Of a stretch of 64,000 nt of DNA, positions 26,945 through 36,834 are shown piece after piece. The stretch is taken from NCBI GenBank assembly GCA_964621295.1, contig CAZULT010000003.1, forward strand, positions 70 to 64,069, read 5' to 3'. The stretch comes from an uncultured Anaerolineaceae bacterium (GTDB taxonomy: Bacteria > Chloroflexota > Anaerolineae > Anaerolineales > Villigracilaceae). Position 1 is the first letter of the stretch; each line of letters opens with the position of its first letter. Under the pieces are notes generated by a model. It was not told the origin of the DNA. It searched no databases and saw only the letters and a list, made by a program, of their open reading frames with translations. A program made the position numbers and the translations under genes.

Positions 26945-28537
26945 ATGTCCCCATACGCTGACGTCGTTATCAAAAATGCGCATGCATTTACCAGTGACGA
27001 GTCAAATCCAAAGGCAGAAGCAGTAGCCATAATCGGAAACCGGATCAGTTTTGTAGGCAGCTCATCCGATGTCGAAGCCTGGTCCGGCCCTGAGACGAAG
27101 GTGATCGATGCCCACGGGAATACTTTGCTTCCCGGGTTCATCGATTCACATTTCCATTTACTATGGGGGTGCATTTGGTTAGGCAGCGCGCAACTCCAGG
27201 AGGTAAAGAACAAATCAGACTTGAAAGAGGTCTTGCATGAATTTGCAAGCGCGAATAGGACCACTCCCTGGGTGGATGGGCGCGGCATAAAATATGGCAT
27301 TATTTCGACTCGCCAAGAACTGGATGAAATCCTTCCCGACCGCCCTGTATATATCGGCGCATACGATGGGCATACAGCCTGGGCCAACACCTTGGCGCTG
27401 GAAATGGCTGGAATCCTGCAAGAGGGGAAAGAGGTCGGGCCAAACGGGATCATCGTCCGCGACGAAGACGGACTAGCCACTGGTGAATTACGCGAGGGCG
27501 ACGCCATGAGCGCTGTCCATGATCTGGTCCCCCAGCCTTCAGATGCACGTAAACGCGAACTCTTGAAACTCGGGATGGAAGCGATTGTCGCCACCGGTGT
27601 GACCAGCGTCCACAACATGAATGGGGATATGCAAGAAATGATGACCTATGCTGCCATGGAAGACTCCGGTGAGATGCTGCTGCGTGTGTATGTTCCCTAC
27701 TGGGTCAAGCCTGAGGCAACAGAAGAGATGCTGGCAGAAGCCGCCGAAATGGCAAAGGTGCAGGGTGAGTATGCCCGTGGTGGTGCAGCCAAGTTCTTTA
27801 TGGACGGGGTTTGGGAATCCTATACGGCTCTGAACCTGGAACCCTATGCGGATGATCCCGATGCGACCGAGGATGGGATCTGGAGCCTGGAACGCTTCAC
27901 CGAAATGGCCAATGCATGTGATCGCATGGGGTTACAGATCTTCGTGCATGCCTGTGGCGATGGAGCCGTGCGACGCACCCTTGACGGATATGAAGCCGTT
28001 CAACAAGCAAATGGGAAGCGGGACAGCCGCCACCGGGTGGAACACATCGAAGTCATTCACCCTGAGGACATGCCACGTTTCAAGCAATTAGATGTGATCG
28101 CCTCCATGCAGCCCATCCACTCGCCCATGACCGTCGAAGACGCGGATGTCTGGCTGACAAGGACAGGCCCGCAACGCTGGCCAGTCTCATTTGCATGGCG
28201 CGACCTGAAAAAAGCAGGCGCAAGGTTGGCTTTCGGCAGCGATTGGACCGTCGCTCCCTACAACCCCATGTTGGGACTTTACGCAGCGCTCAACCGCCAG
28301 AAATGGGAGCCCGACAATCCGGACCAGCGATTAACGCTTGAAGAATTACTGCTCGGTTATACCCGCGACGCTGCTTATGCGGAATTCCAGGAAGACCAGA
28401 AGGGCCAATTAAAAGCAGGTTATCTGGCAGATATCGTCCTGCTCTCCGAGGATATCTTTCAAACCAGGCCCGAGGAAATTGACAAAGTCAAGCCATTGCT
28501 TACGATGGTTGACGGAAAGGTCGTGTTCGAGGGTTGA
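26945..28537 (+). CDS. amidohydrolase-3 family metallo-hydrolase (YtcJ-like)
   Basis: AGAGGAGAGG RBS. LLPGFIDSHFHLLWG metal-binding HxH, HACGDGAV, VEHIEV and GSDW motifs. Confidence 0.85.
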   Translation: MSPYADVVIKNAHAFTSDESNPKAEAVAIIGNRISFVGSSSDVEAWSGPETKVIDAHGNTLLPGFIDSHFHLLWGCIWLGSAQLQEVKNKSDLKEVLHEFASANRTTPWVDGRGIKYGIISTRQELDEILPDRPVYIGAYDGHTAWANTLALEMAGILQEGKEVGPNGIIVRDEDGLATGELREGDAMSAVHDLVPQPSDARKRELLKLGMEAIVATGVTSVHNMNGDMQEMMTYAAMEDSGEMLLRVYVPYWVKPEATEEMLAEAAEMAKVQGEYARGGAAKFFMDGVWESYTALNLEPYADDPDATEDGIWSLERFTEMANACDRMGLQIFVHACGDGAVRRTLDGYEAVQQANGKRDSRHRVEHIEVIHPEDMPRFKQLDVIASMQPIHSPMTVEDADVWLTRTGPQRWPVSFAWRDLKKAGARLAFGSDWTVAPYNPMLGLYAALNRQKWEPDNPDQRLTLEELLLGYTRDAAYAEFQEDQKGQLKAGYLADIVLLSEDIFQTRPEEIDKVKPLLTMVDGKVVFEG

Positions 28538-28540
28538 GAG

Positions 28541-29515
28541 ATGAGAACCTACGCCCTTCGCCGCATCCTGCAAACCATTCCGATTCTATTCATTATCAGC
28601 GTATTGCTGTTCTTCATGGTACGCGCTGCTCCTGGAGGCCCACTAACGGCCGCCCGCCGCAATCCGAATATCACCGAAGAGCAGATCCAAAAACTGGAAG
28701 CACAACTTGGCCTCAACCGGCCATTGCCAGTGCAATATGTGGAATGGGTAGGGAAAATGCTGCGTGGCGATATGGGGCAATCCATCAAATTTCGCCGCCC
28801 TGTTTCGGAGATGATTGGGGAACGTATTCCGAACACACTCTTACTTGTCGGCATTTCGTTCGTACTCACCCTGCTCATCGCTCTGCCTGTCGGGATTCTT
28901 TCAGCGCGCAAACCGTATTCCCTGTTCGATTACATCGCCACGACGATCACCTTTATGGGACAATCCCTGCCGGTATACTGGCTGGGATTGGGTCTGATCT
29001 TGGTCTTTTATGTCATGCTAAAGAATCCGATCAACGGCAATCCTCTCTTTCCCGGAGGGGGTATGAACACTTTTGGGAAGGAAGGCGACTTCCTGGATAC
29101 ACTCTGGCACCTGGCACTACCCGTCACTGCCTTGAGCCTGGGGTGGGCTGCCTGGTACTCGCGCTTCCTGCGCTCCAGCTTGCTGGACGTGCTGCATGAA
29201 GATTACGTCCGTACGGCTCGAGCCAAAGGCGTGATCGACCGGAATGTTTATTACAAACACGCGCTCAGGAATGCCATCCTGCCGTTGGTTACCCTGATTG
29301 CTCTGGATTTGCCCACTCTTTTTGCCGGGGCTCTTTTCGTGGAAACGATCTTCTCATGGCCTGGCATGGGACGCCTCTTCTGGGATGCTGCACGCGGAAG
29401 GGACTATCCTGTCTTGTTGGGTGTGGTCATGATCACGGCTGTGCTGATCATCAGCGCCAACATTCTCGCAGATCTGGCTTACGGCTTTCTCGATCCACAG
29501 GTGACTTATGAGTGA
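28541..29515 (+). CDS. peptide/nickel (Dpp/Opp-type) ABC transporter permease
   Basis: Characteristic N-terminus YALRRILQTIPILFIISVLLFFMV and the EAA region EDYVRTARAKG. Confidence 0.9.
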   Translation: MRTYALRRILQTIPILFIISVLLFFMVRAAPGGPLTAARRNPNITEEQIQKLEAQLGLNRPLPVQYVEWVGKMLRGDMGQSIKFRRPVSEMIGERIPNTLLLVGISFVLTLLIALPVGILSARKPYSLFDYIATTITFMGQSLPVYWLGLGLILVFYVMLKNPINGNPLFPGGGMNTFGKEGDFLDTLWHLALPVTALSLGWAAWYSRFLRSSLLDVLHEDYVRTARAKGVIDRNVYYKHALRNAILPLVTLIALDLPTLFAGALFVETIFSWPGMGRLFWDAARGRDYPVLLGVVMITAVLIISANILADLAYGFLDPQVTYE

Positions 29516-30413
29516 GTTGAGCAAACCTGCTATCAAAGAACAGAATATGACCCTGCTCGTCATCCGGCGTTTCTTCAAACATCGTTTGGCTGGCATTGCC
29601 ATCGGGGCCTTGGTACTTTTGATCCTCTCCGCTGTGCTGGCCTCTCTGAGCCAGTACTCACCGACACAGCAGGAACCGATCAATAGCTTCAAGCCCGCAA
29701 CCGCAGACCATTGGTTTGGTACCGATGAATTAGGCAGAGACATTTTCACACGCATCCTGTACGGCGGGCGAGTATCGCTGGCTGTAGGATTACTTTCCTC
29801 ATTTTCGTCGGTTCTGATCGGCGTGATCGTAGGCGCCCTCTCTGGATATTTTGGCGGCTGGCTGGACAGCGTCTTGATGCGCGTGACCGACGCTTTTCTG
29901 ACCTTTCCAACGCTCTTCGTGCTGATCCTGCTCGGCGCCTTTTTGCGCGAACAGCCCATCCCCTGGCTGAAAAACAGCGTCCTGGTCGTCATCGTGATCA
30001 TCGCCATCCTGTCGTGGATGTGGCCAGCACGGCTGGTACGCAGCCTTTTTCTTGTACTGCGCGAACGCGAATTCGTCTCCGCCACACGCGCCCTGGGAGG
30101 CAGCAATACCCGCATCATCATGCGTCACATCCTACCAAATTGCATTGGACCGATCATGGTGACCGGAACACTGCAGATGGCCTATGCCATCATTACAGAG
30201 TCGGGCCTGAGCTATCTAGGCTTCGGGGTTCAGCCGCCCACGCCGACTTGGGGCAGCATCCTATCGACGGCACAGGTACATGTTTTCAAGGCTCCCTGGC
30301 TGGCGTTTTATCCGGGCTTGATGATCTTTATCACCGTCATGGCGATCAACTACATTGGTGACGGCCTGCGAGACGCTTTCGATCCCTATGTGATCCACAC
30401 CGGGAATCAGTAA
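29508..30413 (+). CDS. peptide/nickel (Dpp/Opp-type) ABC transporter permease (DppC/OppC-like)
   Basis: HWFGTDELGRDIFTRILYGGR motif and EAA region REFVSATRALG. 8-nt overlap with the upstream permease gene. Confidence 0.9.
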   Translation: MSELSKPAIKEQNMTLLVIRRFFKHRLAGIAIGALVLLILSAVLASLSQYSPTQQEPINSFKPATADHWFGTDELGRDIFTRILYGGRVSLAVGLLSSFSSVLIGVIVGALSGYFGGWLDSVLMRVTDAFLTFPTLFVLILLGAFLREQPIPWLKNSVLVVIVIIAILSWMWPARLVRSLFLVLREREFVSATRALGGSNTRIIMRHILPNCIGPIMVTGTLQMAYAIITESGLSYLGFGVQPPTPTWGSILSTAQVHVFKAPWLAFYPGLMIFITVMAINYIGDGLRDAFDPYVIHTGNQ

Positions 30414-30446
30414 TTCCCGGTGATTCAATTCCTAAAGGAGGAAGAG

Positions 30447-32189
30447 ATGAAACTCAAGTTCTTTACCCTGCTTATGGTGGCCACTTTACTGTTGACCGCC
30501 TGCGGTGGAGGGGCTGCCACTGAAGCGCCCGTTCAACCCGCACCCGAAGAACCTTCACAGCCGGAGCCTACCGCTCCAATGGAGACAGCTGGCGGAACGG
30601 TTACGCTCATCATCCCGGAAGAGCCGACCACGCTGAACTACTTCCAGGCTGAAGCGGCTATCGTCCGTCAGGTTGCAGAAGCGACCAGCATGACCGGTCT
30701 GGTAACGATCGACCAGAATGGCGAATTTGTACCCATGTTGGCTATAGAACTGCCTACACTGGAGAACGGTGGCCTTTCCGCTGATTATGCGACCGTCACA
30801 TGGAAGTTGAAACCGGATCTCAAATGGTCTGATGGAGAGCCAATTACTTCGGATGACATCAAGTTCACCTGGGAAGTGCTTTCCAGCCCGGATTCCGGCG
30901 CCTTAACCGGAACGGGTGGTTTCGACCTGATCGCCTCCGTAGATACTCCGGATGACCTGACTGCAGTCATCACTTATTCGACCCCATATCCTGCTTATAT
31001 CGACCAGTTTGCCTATGGCCTGCTGCCGCGACACGCTACCGGTGAGCCGGCTGACATGGCCAATTGGGATTGGAACCGCCAGCCTGTAGGTGCCGGCCCC
31101 TTTGTGGTCAGCAACTGGCTATCAGGCCAGAGTATCGCGCTGGACCGCAACCCATACTACTTTGAAGAAGGCAAGCCCTACCTCGATCAACTGGTCTATG
31201 CAATCGTGCCCGAACCCGCCGCCCAGACGGCCATGATGCTGCAGGGAGAAGCCCAAGTTCAGCTGTGGCCGGGTGAGGATGAAACCGAATACAATACCTT
31301 ACTGGCTGGAAAAGCCCATCAGGAACTTGTACCGGGCATCTGGAATATGGCGATCGATTTCAACCTGAGCGCGCCCTTCGATGGCGATCCCGGCCCCACA
31401 CCACCCCATCCTATCCTGGGAGACTTGCGCGTTCGCCAGGCGATCGCTTCAGCGATCGATTATGACACGCTGGTGGAGGACGTGCTGCTCAACACTGTAT
31501 CGCAATCCACGAACCCGTTCGCGTATGGCTGGTATTTCTGTGACCTGCCGCGGCCTTTCCCCTACGATCCCGATAAGGCGGTGGAACTGCTCGAAGAAGC
31601 TGGCTGGGTGGAAGGCTCAGACGGTATCCGCGTGGCTCAGGGCGCTGAATACGCTCCGGATGGCACGCGCCTTTCGCTGGAATTGCAGGGCTATACCAAC
31701 TTTGAGCCGCTACAACGTACCGAAGAGTTCATAGTCGAAAACCTGAAAGCAGTCGGTATGGAAGCGCGCATCCAGAATTACGACTTCTCGATCATCTTTG
31801 GCTCCTACGAAGACCAGTCCCCGCGCAAGATCGGCGATTACGACATGCTCATCTTCGACCGCGGCTTTACCATTGAGCCTCAGGATTATGTCTCCAACGC
31901 CTACATGTCCACCAATATCCCTTCAACTGAACTGCCCACAGGCGGAAATTACTTCCGCTGGGTAAACCCGACCGTAGACGAGGCGCTCACAGAGGCAGGC
32001 ACCAATTTCGACCTCGAGGTTCGCAAGGCAGCCTACTGCACCGTCGGTGAACAGGTGAACACGGATCTGCCGCAGATCTACCTGTATCTGTTCCAGGACG
32101 GCTACGGATTCGCCGACGACCTGACCGGTTACACGGTCAGCACCTGGGGCAGCATGGCCTGGGGCGCACAGAACTGGAAGTACAAGTAA
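30447..32189 (+). CDS. ABC transporter substrate-binding lipoprotein, family 5 (peptide/opine/nickel type)
   Basis: AAGGAGGAAGAG RBS. Signal MKLKFFTLLMVATLLLTAC plus a Pro/Glu-rich linker. Family-5 motifs (VTWKLKPDLKWSDGEPITSDD, LDRNPYYF). Confidence 0.88.
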   Translation: MKLKFFTLLMVATLLLTACGGGAATEAPVQPAPEEPSQPEPTAPMETAGGTVTLIIPEEPTTLNYFQAEAAIVRQVAEATSMTGLVTIDQNGEFVPMLAIELPTLENGGLSADYATVTWKLKPDLKWSDGEPITSDDIKFTWEVLSSPDSGALTGTGGFDLIASVDTPDDLTAVITYSTPYPAYIDQFAYGLLPRHATGEPADMANWDWNRQPVGAGPFVVSNWLSGQSIALDRNPYYFEEGKPYLDQLVYAIVPEPAAQTAMMLQGEAQVQLWPGEDETEYNTLLAGKAHQELVPGIWNMAIDFNLSAPFDGDPGPTPPHPILGDLRVRQAIASAIDYDTLVEDVLLNTVSQSTNPFAYGWYFCDLPRPFPYDPDKAVELLEEAGWVEGSDGIRVAQGAEYAPDGTRLSLELQGYTNFEPLQRTEEFIVENLKAVGMEARIQNYDFSIIFGSYEDQSPRKIGDYDMLIFDRGFTIEPQDYVSNAYMSTNIPSTELPTGGNYFRWVNPTVDEALTEAGTNFDLEVRKAAYCTVGEQVNTDLPQIYLYLFQDGYGFADDLTGYTVSTWGSMAWGAQNWKYK

Positions 32190-32222
32190 AAATCAACAGC
32201 CTCTACCAGACAAGCAAGCCCG

Positions 32223-32254
32223 TGTGCCACGCAGCCTGATAGCTGCGTGGCACA
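32223..32254 (+). terminator. stem-loop downstream of the binding-protein gene (possible attenuating terminator, no U-tract)
   Basis: 13-bp perfect stem TGTGCCACGCAGC (32223-32235) / GCTGCGTGGCACA (32242-32254) with a 6-nt loop. It lies inside the N-terminal extension of ORF 32224, which supports the 32278 start. Confidence 0.4.
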
Positions 32255-32277
32255 TCCCTGTCAAGGAATCCCGCCTT

Positions 32278-33558
32278 ATGACCCAAGAGACCTGTTTTTG
32301 GTGGAGTGATGCACCCCCACCGAAATCCTATCAAAATAAAGTCCTGCCTGAGAAAGTTGACGTGGTTGTCGTCGGCGGCGGATTTACGGGCACATCCGCG
32401 GCGTTAAAGCTGGCAAAAGGTGGAGCTAACGTAGCCCTGCTCGAAGCCGAAACCATCGGGTGGGGCGCCAGTTCCCGCAATGGCGGACAGGCGCTGTCCT
32501 GCCTGCATCATACCCTGACCGAGTTGATCGCTAAGCATGGGCAGGCACGCGCCAGAGAGATGTTCCTGGCTTCCGCTCGTGCCGCAGAAACGGTCGCGCG
32601 CATCGTCGCCGAAGAAAGCATCGAGTGCGATTTCGCCCGTAACGGGAACATCGAAGCAGCCAGCAAACCCAGGCACTTTGATCGATTGAAAGAGGAACAG
32701 GAAACCCTGGCGCGGGTTGTGGAATACGAAGTCCGCCTGGTCCCGCCCGAAGAAGCAGCCAGCGAATTAGGAACTGAGATTTATTGCGGGATGCTGGTCA
32801 ATGAACGCAGTGCCGGACTCCAACCGGCGAAATTCGTCCAGGGTTTGGCGCTAGCCGCCGACCGGGCCGGGGCAGACATCCATGAGAAGGCGCGCGTGAT
32901 CGGGATCGAGAGAAATGTCTCAAGGAACGTCAACGGGTTCACTGTCAGCACCGAACGCGGAAAGTTATCTGCCAAAGAGGTGCTGTTGGCATCGAACGCC
33001 TGGACCAGCCAGATCGTGCCGCGGTTCCGTGGACGCATCTTTCCTGCCGAAAGTTTCGTCATCGCCACCGAACCGCTGCCAGATGAACTTGCGCATCGGC
33101 TCATTCCGAACAGACGTGTAGTTTACGATACCAGGAATATGGTGGCGTATTACACCCTTTCGAGGGAGAACCGCATGGTATGGGGCGGCGAAGGCACAGC
33201 CACTGGATTCAGCGCAAAGCAGAACATCGCTCTATTACGGCGAGGCATGCAGCGCGTGTTCCCCGCGCTTGAACATGTAGCCATTGATTACTATTGGGGC
33301 GGCACCATGGGCCTGACTTTCGACCAAAACGCCCATGCTGGCCAGGTGGACGGGATGTGGTTCTCCATGTGTTATGTGGGCCACGGAGTGTCTTTGGGGA
33401 CTTACCTGGGAGAACAAATGGCCAACGCTATTCTGGGCCTGGAGAGTTTCAACCCGTTCGAAGGTTTGCATATCCCGCGCGTGCCGTTCTACAAAGGCAA
33501 AGCCTGGTTCGTGAATCTAGGAAAAACCTGGTATCAACTATTGGACTGGTTTGGATAG
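32278..33558 (+). CDS. FAD-dependent oxidoreductase (DAO family, PuuB/OrdL-like)
   Basis: VDVVVVGGGFTGTSAALKLA dinucleotide fold followed by GWGASSRNGGQ. C-terminal GHGVSLG. Confidence 0.85.
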   Translation: MTQETCFWWSDAPPPKSYQNKVLPEKVDVVVVGGGFTGTSAALKLAKGGANVALLEAETIGWGASSRNGGQALSCLHHTLTELIAKHGQARAREMFLASARAAETVARIVAEESIECDFARNGNIEAASKPRHFDRLKEEQETLARVVEYEVRLVPPEEAASELGTEIYCGMLVNERSAGLQPAKFVQGLALAADRAGADIHEKARVIGIERNVSRNVNGFTVSTERGKLSAKEVLLASNAWTSQIVPRFRGRIFPAESFVIATEPLPDELAHRLIPNRRVVYDTRNMVAYYTLSRENRMVWGGEGTATGFSAKQNIALLRRGMQRVFPALEHVAIDYYWGGTMGLTFDQNAHAGQVDGMWFSMCYVGHGVSLGTYLGEQMANAILGLESFNPFEGLHIPRVPFYKGKAWFVNLGKTWYQLLDWFG

Positions 33559-33587
33559 GCTTTGATAGCGCAAGAGATGGAGGCATC

Positions 33588-35018
33588 GTGGAAAAGGACC
33601 TTATCTATTTACCAGCAGCTGAGATCTTGCAAATGTACCGCAAGAAAGAACTCTCGCCCGTTGAAATGCTGAACGCGCACATCCGGCAATTCGAAGCCCA
33701 TAATGATAAGGTTAATTGTGTGGCCTACGAACATTTCGATGAGGCGCTCGCGGCTGCCAGAGAATCCGAAAACCGTTATATGCAAGGCGCTCCGCGCCCG
33801 TTAGAAGGCCTGACATGCGCCGTGAAGGACGATTACCAGGTCAAAGGCTGGCGGCATCATTGGGGAACTCTACTCATGAAAGATGCCGAGCCTGCGGAGG
33901 AGGACCTGCCCATCATCGACATGCTGCGTAAAACGGGCGTGCTCATGCACCTCCAGACCACCGCTCCGGAGTTCTTCATCGCGGGTGTGACCTGGTCGCA
34001 TCTGTGGGGTGTGACGCGCAATCCCTGGAACACGCAATTCACACCCGGCGGCTCATCGGGAGGTTCAGCCACCGCGCTGGCAGCCGGTTTTACCAGCCTG
34101 GCGCTCGGGTCGGATATGGGCGGTTCGATCCGCATCCCCGCATCCATGTGCGGACTGTATGGATTCAAGCCTCCTTTCGGCCGCGTACCCACCTCGGAGG
34201 TGGCGTACGAATCCTTTGGTCCGTTGGGGCGCACCTTCTCAGACATGAACCTGCTCCAGAATTCCATGAGCGGGCCGCATCCGCTGGCACACGCCTCCCT
34301 ACGTCCAAAGCTGGAGTATCCAGATACTTATGGCAATATCACGGGGTGGAAGGTTGCAGTAGACACACTTAGCGCGTACGGCGAAGAAGTGGATAAGACC
34401 GTAACAGAATCCATGCAGGATGCGATCGAGAAGTTGAAAGAGATCGGATGTGAGGTTGAAGTAGTAGACCTGGGCTTACGGCACTCCGACTTCGAGATCA
34501 TGATCGCCGGGTTGATGTCAACCGAGATGGGCTTATTGGCGTTGATGGCCTCCGACGATCCCGACGTCCTGACCCCTTACGTGAAGGATTTTCTGGATAC
34601 CTATGGCGACAAAATGGGGCCGAAGTATGCGGTGAAAGCAGAAGAGCTGCTATTAAAATACAACCGGCAGGTACAGGAAAAGGTGTTCATGAGAGGCTGT
34701 CAGGCCATCCTCATGCCCACCATGTTGACCCCCTATATCGCAGCCGACTGGTTCTCCACCCCAGCCAAAGCGGTTGTGAACGTAAATGGCAAATCGGTTG
34801 AATCGCGCATGGGATTCTTCACCACCTGGATGTGGAATCTGCTGGGGCGATACCCGGTAGTCAACGTGCCCAACGGCATCACACCGGAGAATATCCCGTT
34901 GGGAATGCAGATCATCAGCAACACCTTTGAGGACCTGGTTGCATTTCAGTTAGCGGCAGCCTGGTCAAAGGTTGCTCCAAGGTTTTACGATTCGGTCTTT
35001 CCCGATCTGGAAAGTTGA
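33588..35018 (+). CDS. amidase (amidase-signature family)
   Basis: AS signature GGSSGGSATALAAGFTSLALGSDMGGSIRIPA. The GTG at 33588 follows GGAGG. The ORF track start at 33294 would overlap the upstream gene by 265 nt. Confidence 0.85.
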   Translation: MEKDLIYLPAAEILQMYRKKELSPVEMLNAHIRQFEAHNDKVNCVAYEHFDEALAAARESENRYMQGAPRPLEGLTCAVKDDYQVKGWRHHWGTLLMKDAEPAEEDLPIIDMLRKTGVLMHLQTTAPEFFIAGVTWSHLWGVTRNPWNTQFTPGGSSGGSATALAAGFTSLALGSDMGGSIRIPASMCGLYGFKPPFGRVPTSEVAYESFGPLGRTFSDMNLLQNSMSGPHPLAHASLRPKLEYPDTYGNITGWKVAVDTLSAYGEEVDKTVTESMQDAIEKLKEIGCEVEVVDLGLRHSDFEIMIAGLMSTEMGLLALMASDDPDVLTPYVKDFLDTYGDKMGPKYAVKAEELLLKYNRQVQEKVFMRGCQAILMPTMLTPYIAADWFSTPAKAVVNVNGKSVESRMGFFTTWMWNLLGRYPVVNVPNGITPENIPLGMQIISNTFEDLVAFQLAAAWSKVAPRFYDSVFPDLES

Positions 35019-35073
35019 TCTTTGTGAGGCGAATTGACAATCCGCTCGATCATCACAAAGGATCCTTTCATAC

Positions 35074-36780
35074 TCACTTGTCAAACCGTACTCTGACTCG
35101 TATCAGATCAAAATCCAGCATAGGTGACATGGCATTGATGCGGGTGAAATACAGGTACGGGCTCTGACCAGTGATATCGAAGTTCAGGCTTTGATTTTCC
35201 GGATCGATCAGGGAGGGGTAAGCCAGGAAGGGCGGCTGCCAATCAACGTTCTGGGCCAGGTCAGTCGCCATAAGCAGTTCTTTGGACGTCCAGTGGATCA
35301 AGTCATCCGAAAGCGAGTAGTAAAAACCCGGAACCTTAGCATTAACGTCATGACCCACTGCCACGAATTTATTGAAATAGGAATTGTAGGTCAGGTTGTA
35401 GGACAAAGCGCCCACAATTTCGTGCGAGACCATCGCACAGGTGTGTTCCTGAGGGTTGACATCCGGTTCCATGTAGGGGTTAGTGAAAGGCAAATTGAAA
35501 TCCTTACCATCCCAGGCGCGCCAGCTACCGGGATCGTTCAGTGTCATGGTACGCATCACGCACATCCCCTGCTCCCAGGCACGCCCGACGCGATTGTCAT
35601 CCAACTGAACCAGAGCATAGAAGTAACCATCCTTGGGATTTTTTACGATGTTGCTCGGCTGCCATATTCCGAAAGTTCCGCCGTCAGGTACATATTGGAA
35701 AGGCAGCACCGCGACGATGTGATCCGGGGGATCAGGTTGGGTGAAGGTCTTGCCGCCATCCGTCGATTTCGCAAAGGTGACGGCATACATCGTGCACAAC
35801 TCGCGCTGTTCGGAGGGACATGGATCGGGGCCGATATTGATCTTCGGGTTGAAGAATGTCGAGTCCCAGTTGGCATCCCCTATTGCATTGACCCTGAAGT
35901 GGATCTCGTCACCAGTGCGAACCGACAGCTCCAGATTAAACGGTTTGCCTTGCGTATCACCGTTCGCGATGGTCTCAGCCCAGAGTTGCTTATTTCCTTT
36001 GAATATCTTCACCTGGACACCATCCCCTCCGCCCGAATCGAGGTCGCGGGCGACCCCACTCAAGGAAATAGTTGCATCCACCGGGCTTACCCAGGTCCGC
36101 GAGGCCTCACAACCCATATCCGGATGGGTCCAGCCGGGGCCGATCTGGCACAAGGAACGGTTGCCTTGCCAGCGGTTGTTGCTGGCATCATACTTCATTG
36201 GCACATAGGAAGCCCCATCCCAACCCTGGTAAGACCAACCTTCCTCGCCCTGGTCCCTGCTGAAATCCCGGGAGGCGTACCAGCGAGTGGACTCATCCCC
36301 ATAAAACTCATTATGGACCAGGGCATAGACGGTTTTTCCATCCAGCGTATACGTAGAGCCCATCCACTCGCTGTACTTGTAATGACTCGGGTCCCCATCC
36401 AGATCCGATCTCAAGGTCACCTGGCAGTCCGTCTTCAAGGAATCGAGATCCTCTCCAATCAATCTGTAGTTGGTGATCCAGCTGAGATTTAGTTGGATCA
36501 TTCCACTGGCATCCCGAAAGGCGCGCACGGGCAGGTCTGGAAGCTCCCCATCTGCACAACGGTCTACGGACCAGTCATAAACAAGTTCTTCCTCCCCCAC
36601 GATCTCGACTGAAGGGTGTGTCACTGCAGGAGCAGGGCGAGCTGTTGGGGAGATAGCCTCCGCCGTAGAAGGTGGTGAAATTTCGGGAGTACCAGGCATG
36701 TTGCACCCTGTTAATATCGATGCGCAAAGGACAAAGCCAAGCCACAGTTGTAGGCACTGGTGATTTTTTATTAGCTTCAC
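35074..36780 (-). CDS. exported lipoprotein, function unknown (one BNR/Asp-box-like motif)
   Basis: GTG at 36780 preceded by AGAGGAG. Signal VKLIKNHQCLQLWLGFVLCASILTGC. KSTDGGKTF is an Asp-box-like motif. No other family signal was recognised. Confidence 0.7.
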   Translation of the reverse strand: MKLIKNHQCLQLWLGFVLCASILTGCNMPGTPEISPPSTAEAISPTARPAPAVTHPSVEIVGEEELVYDWSVDRCADGELPDLPVRAFRDASGMIQLNLSWITNYRLIGEDLDSLKTDCQVTLRSDLDGDPSHYKYSEWMGSTYTLDGKTVYALVHNEFYGDESTRWYASRDFSRDQGEEGWSYQGWDGASYVPMKYDASNNRWQGNRSLCQIGPGWTHPDMGCEASRTWVSPVDATISLSGVARDLDSGGGDGVQVKIFKGNKQLWAETIANGDTQGKPFNLELSVRTGDEIHFRVNAIGDANWDSTFFNPKINIGPDPCPSEQRELCTMYAVTFAKSTDGGKTFTQPDPPDHIVAVLPFQYVPDGGTFGIWQPSNIVKNPKDGYFYALVQLDDNRVGRAWEQGMCVMRTMTLNDPGSWRAWDGKDFNLPFTNPYMEPDVNPQEHTCAMVSHEIVGALSYNLTYNSYFNKFVAVGHDVNAKVPGFYYSLSDDLIHWTSKELLMATDLAQNVDWQPPFLAYPSLIDPENQSLNFDITGQSPYLYFTRINAMSPMLDFDLIRVRVRFDK

Positions 36781-36834
36781 GATTACTCCTCTATGGTCAT
36801 GCATCTATTAAATACCTGCACTGTCGTAAGTGCA

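Noticed and set aside
35191-36492. 433-aa plus-strand ORF opposite the 35074-36780 lipoprotein gene
   Set aside because: Shadow ORF (Arg/Gly/His/Ile-rich, no RBS). The minus-strand frame has a GTG start with AGAGGAG, a lipobox and an Asp-box motif.
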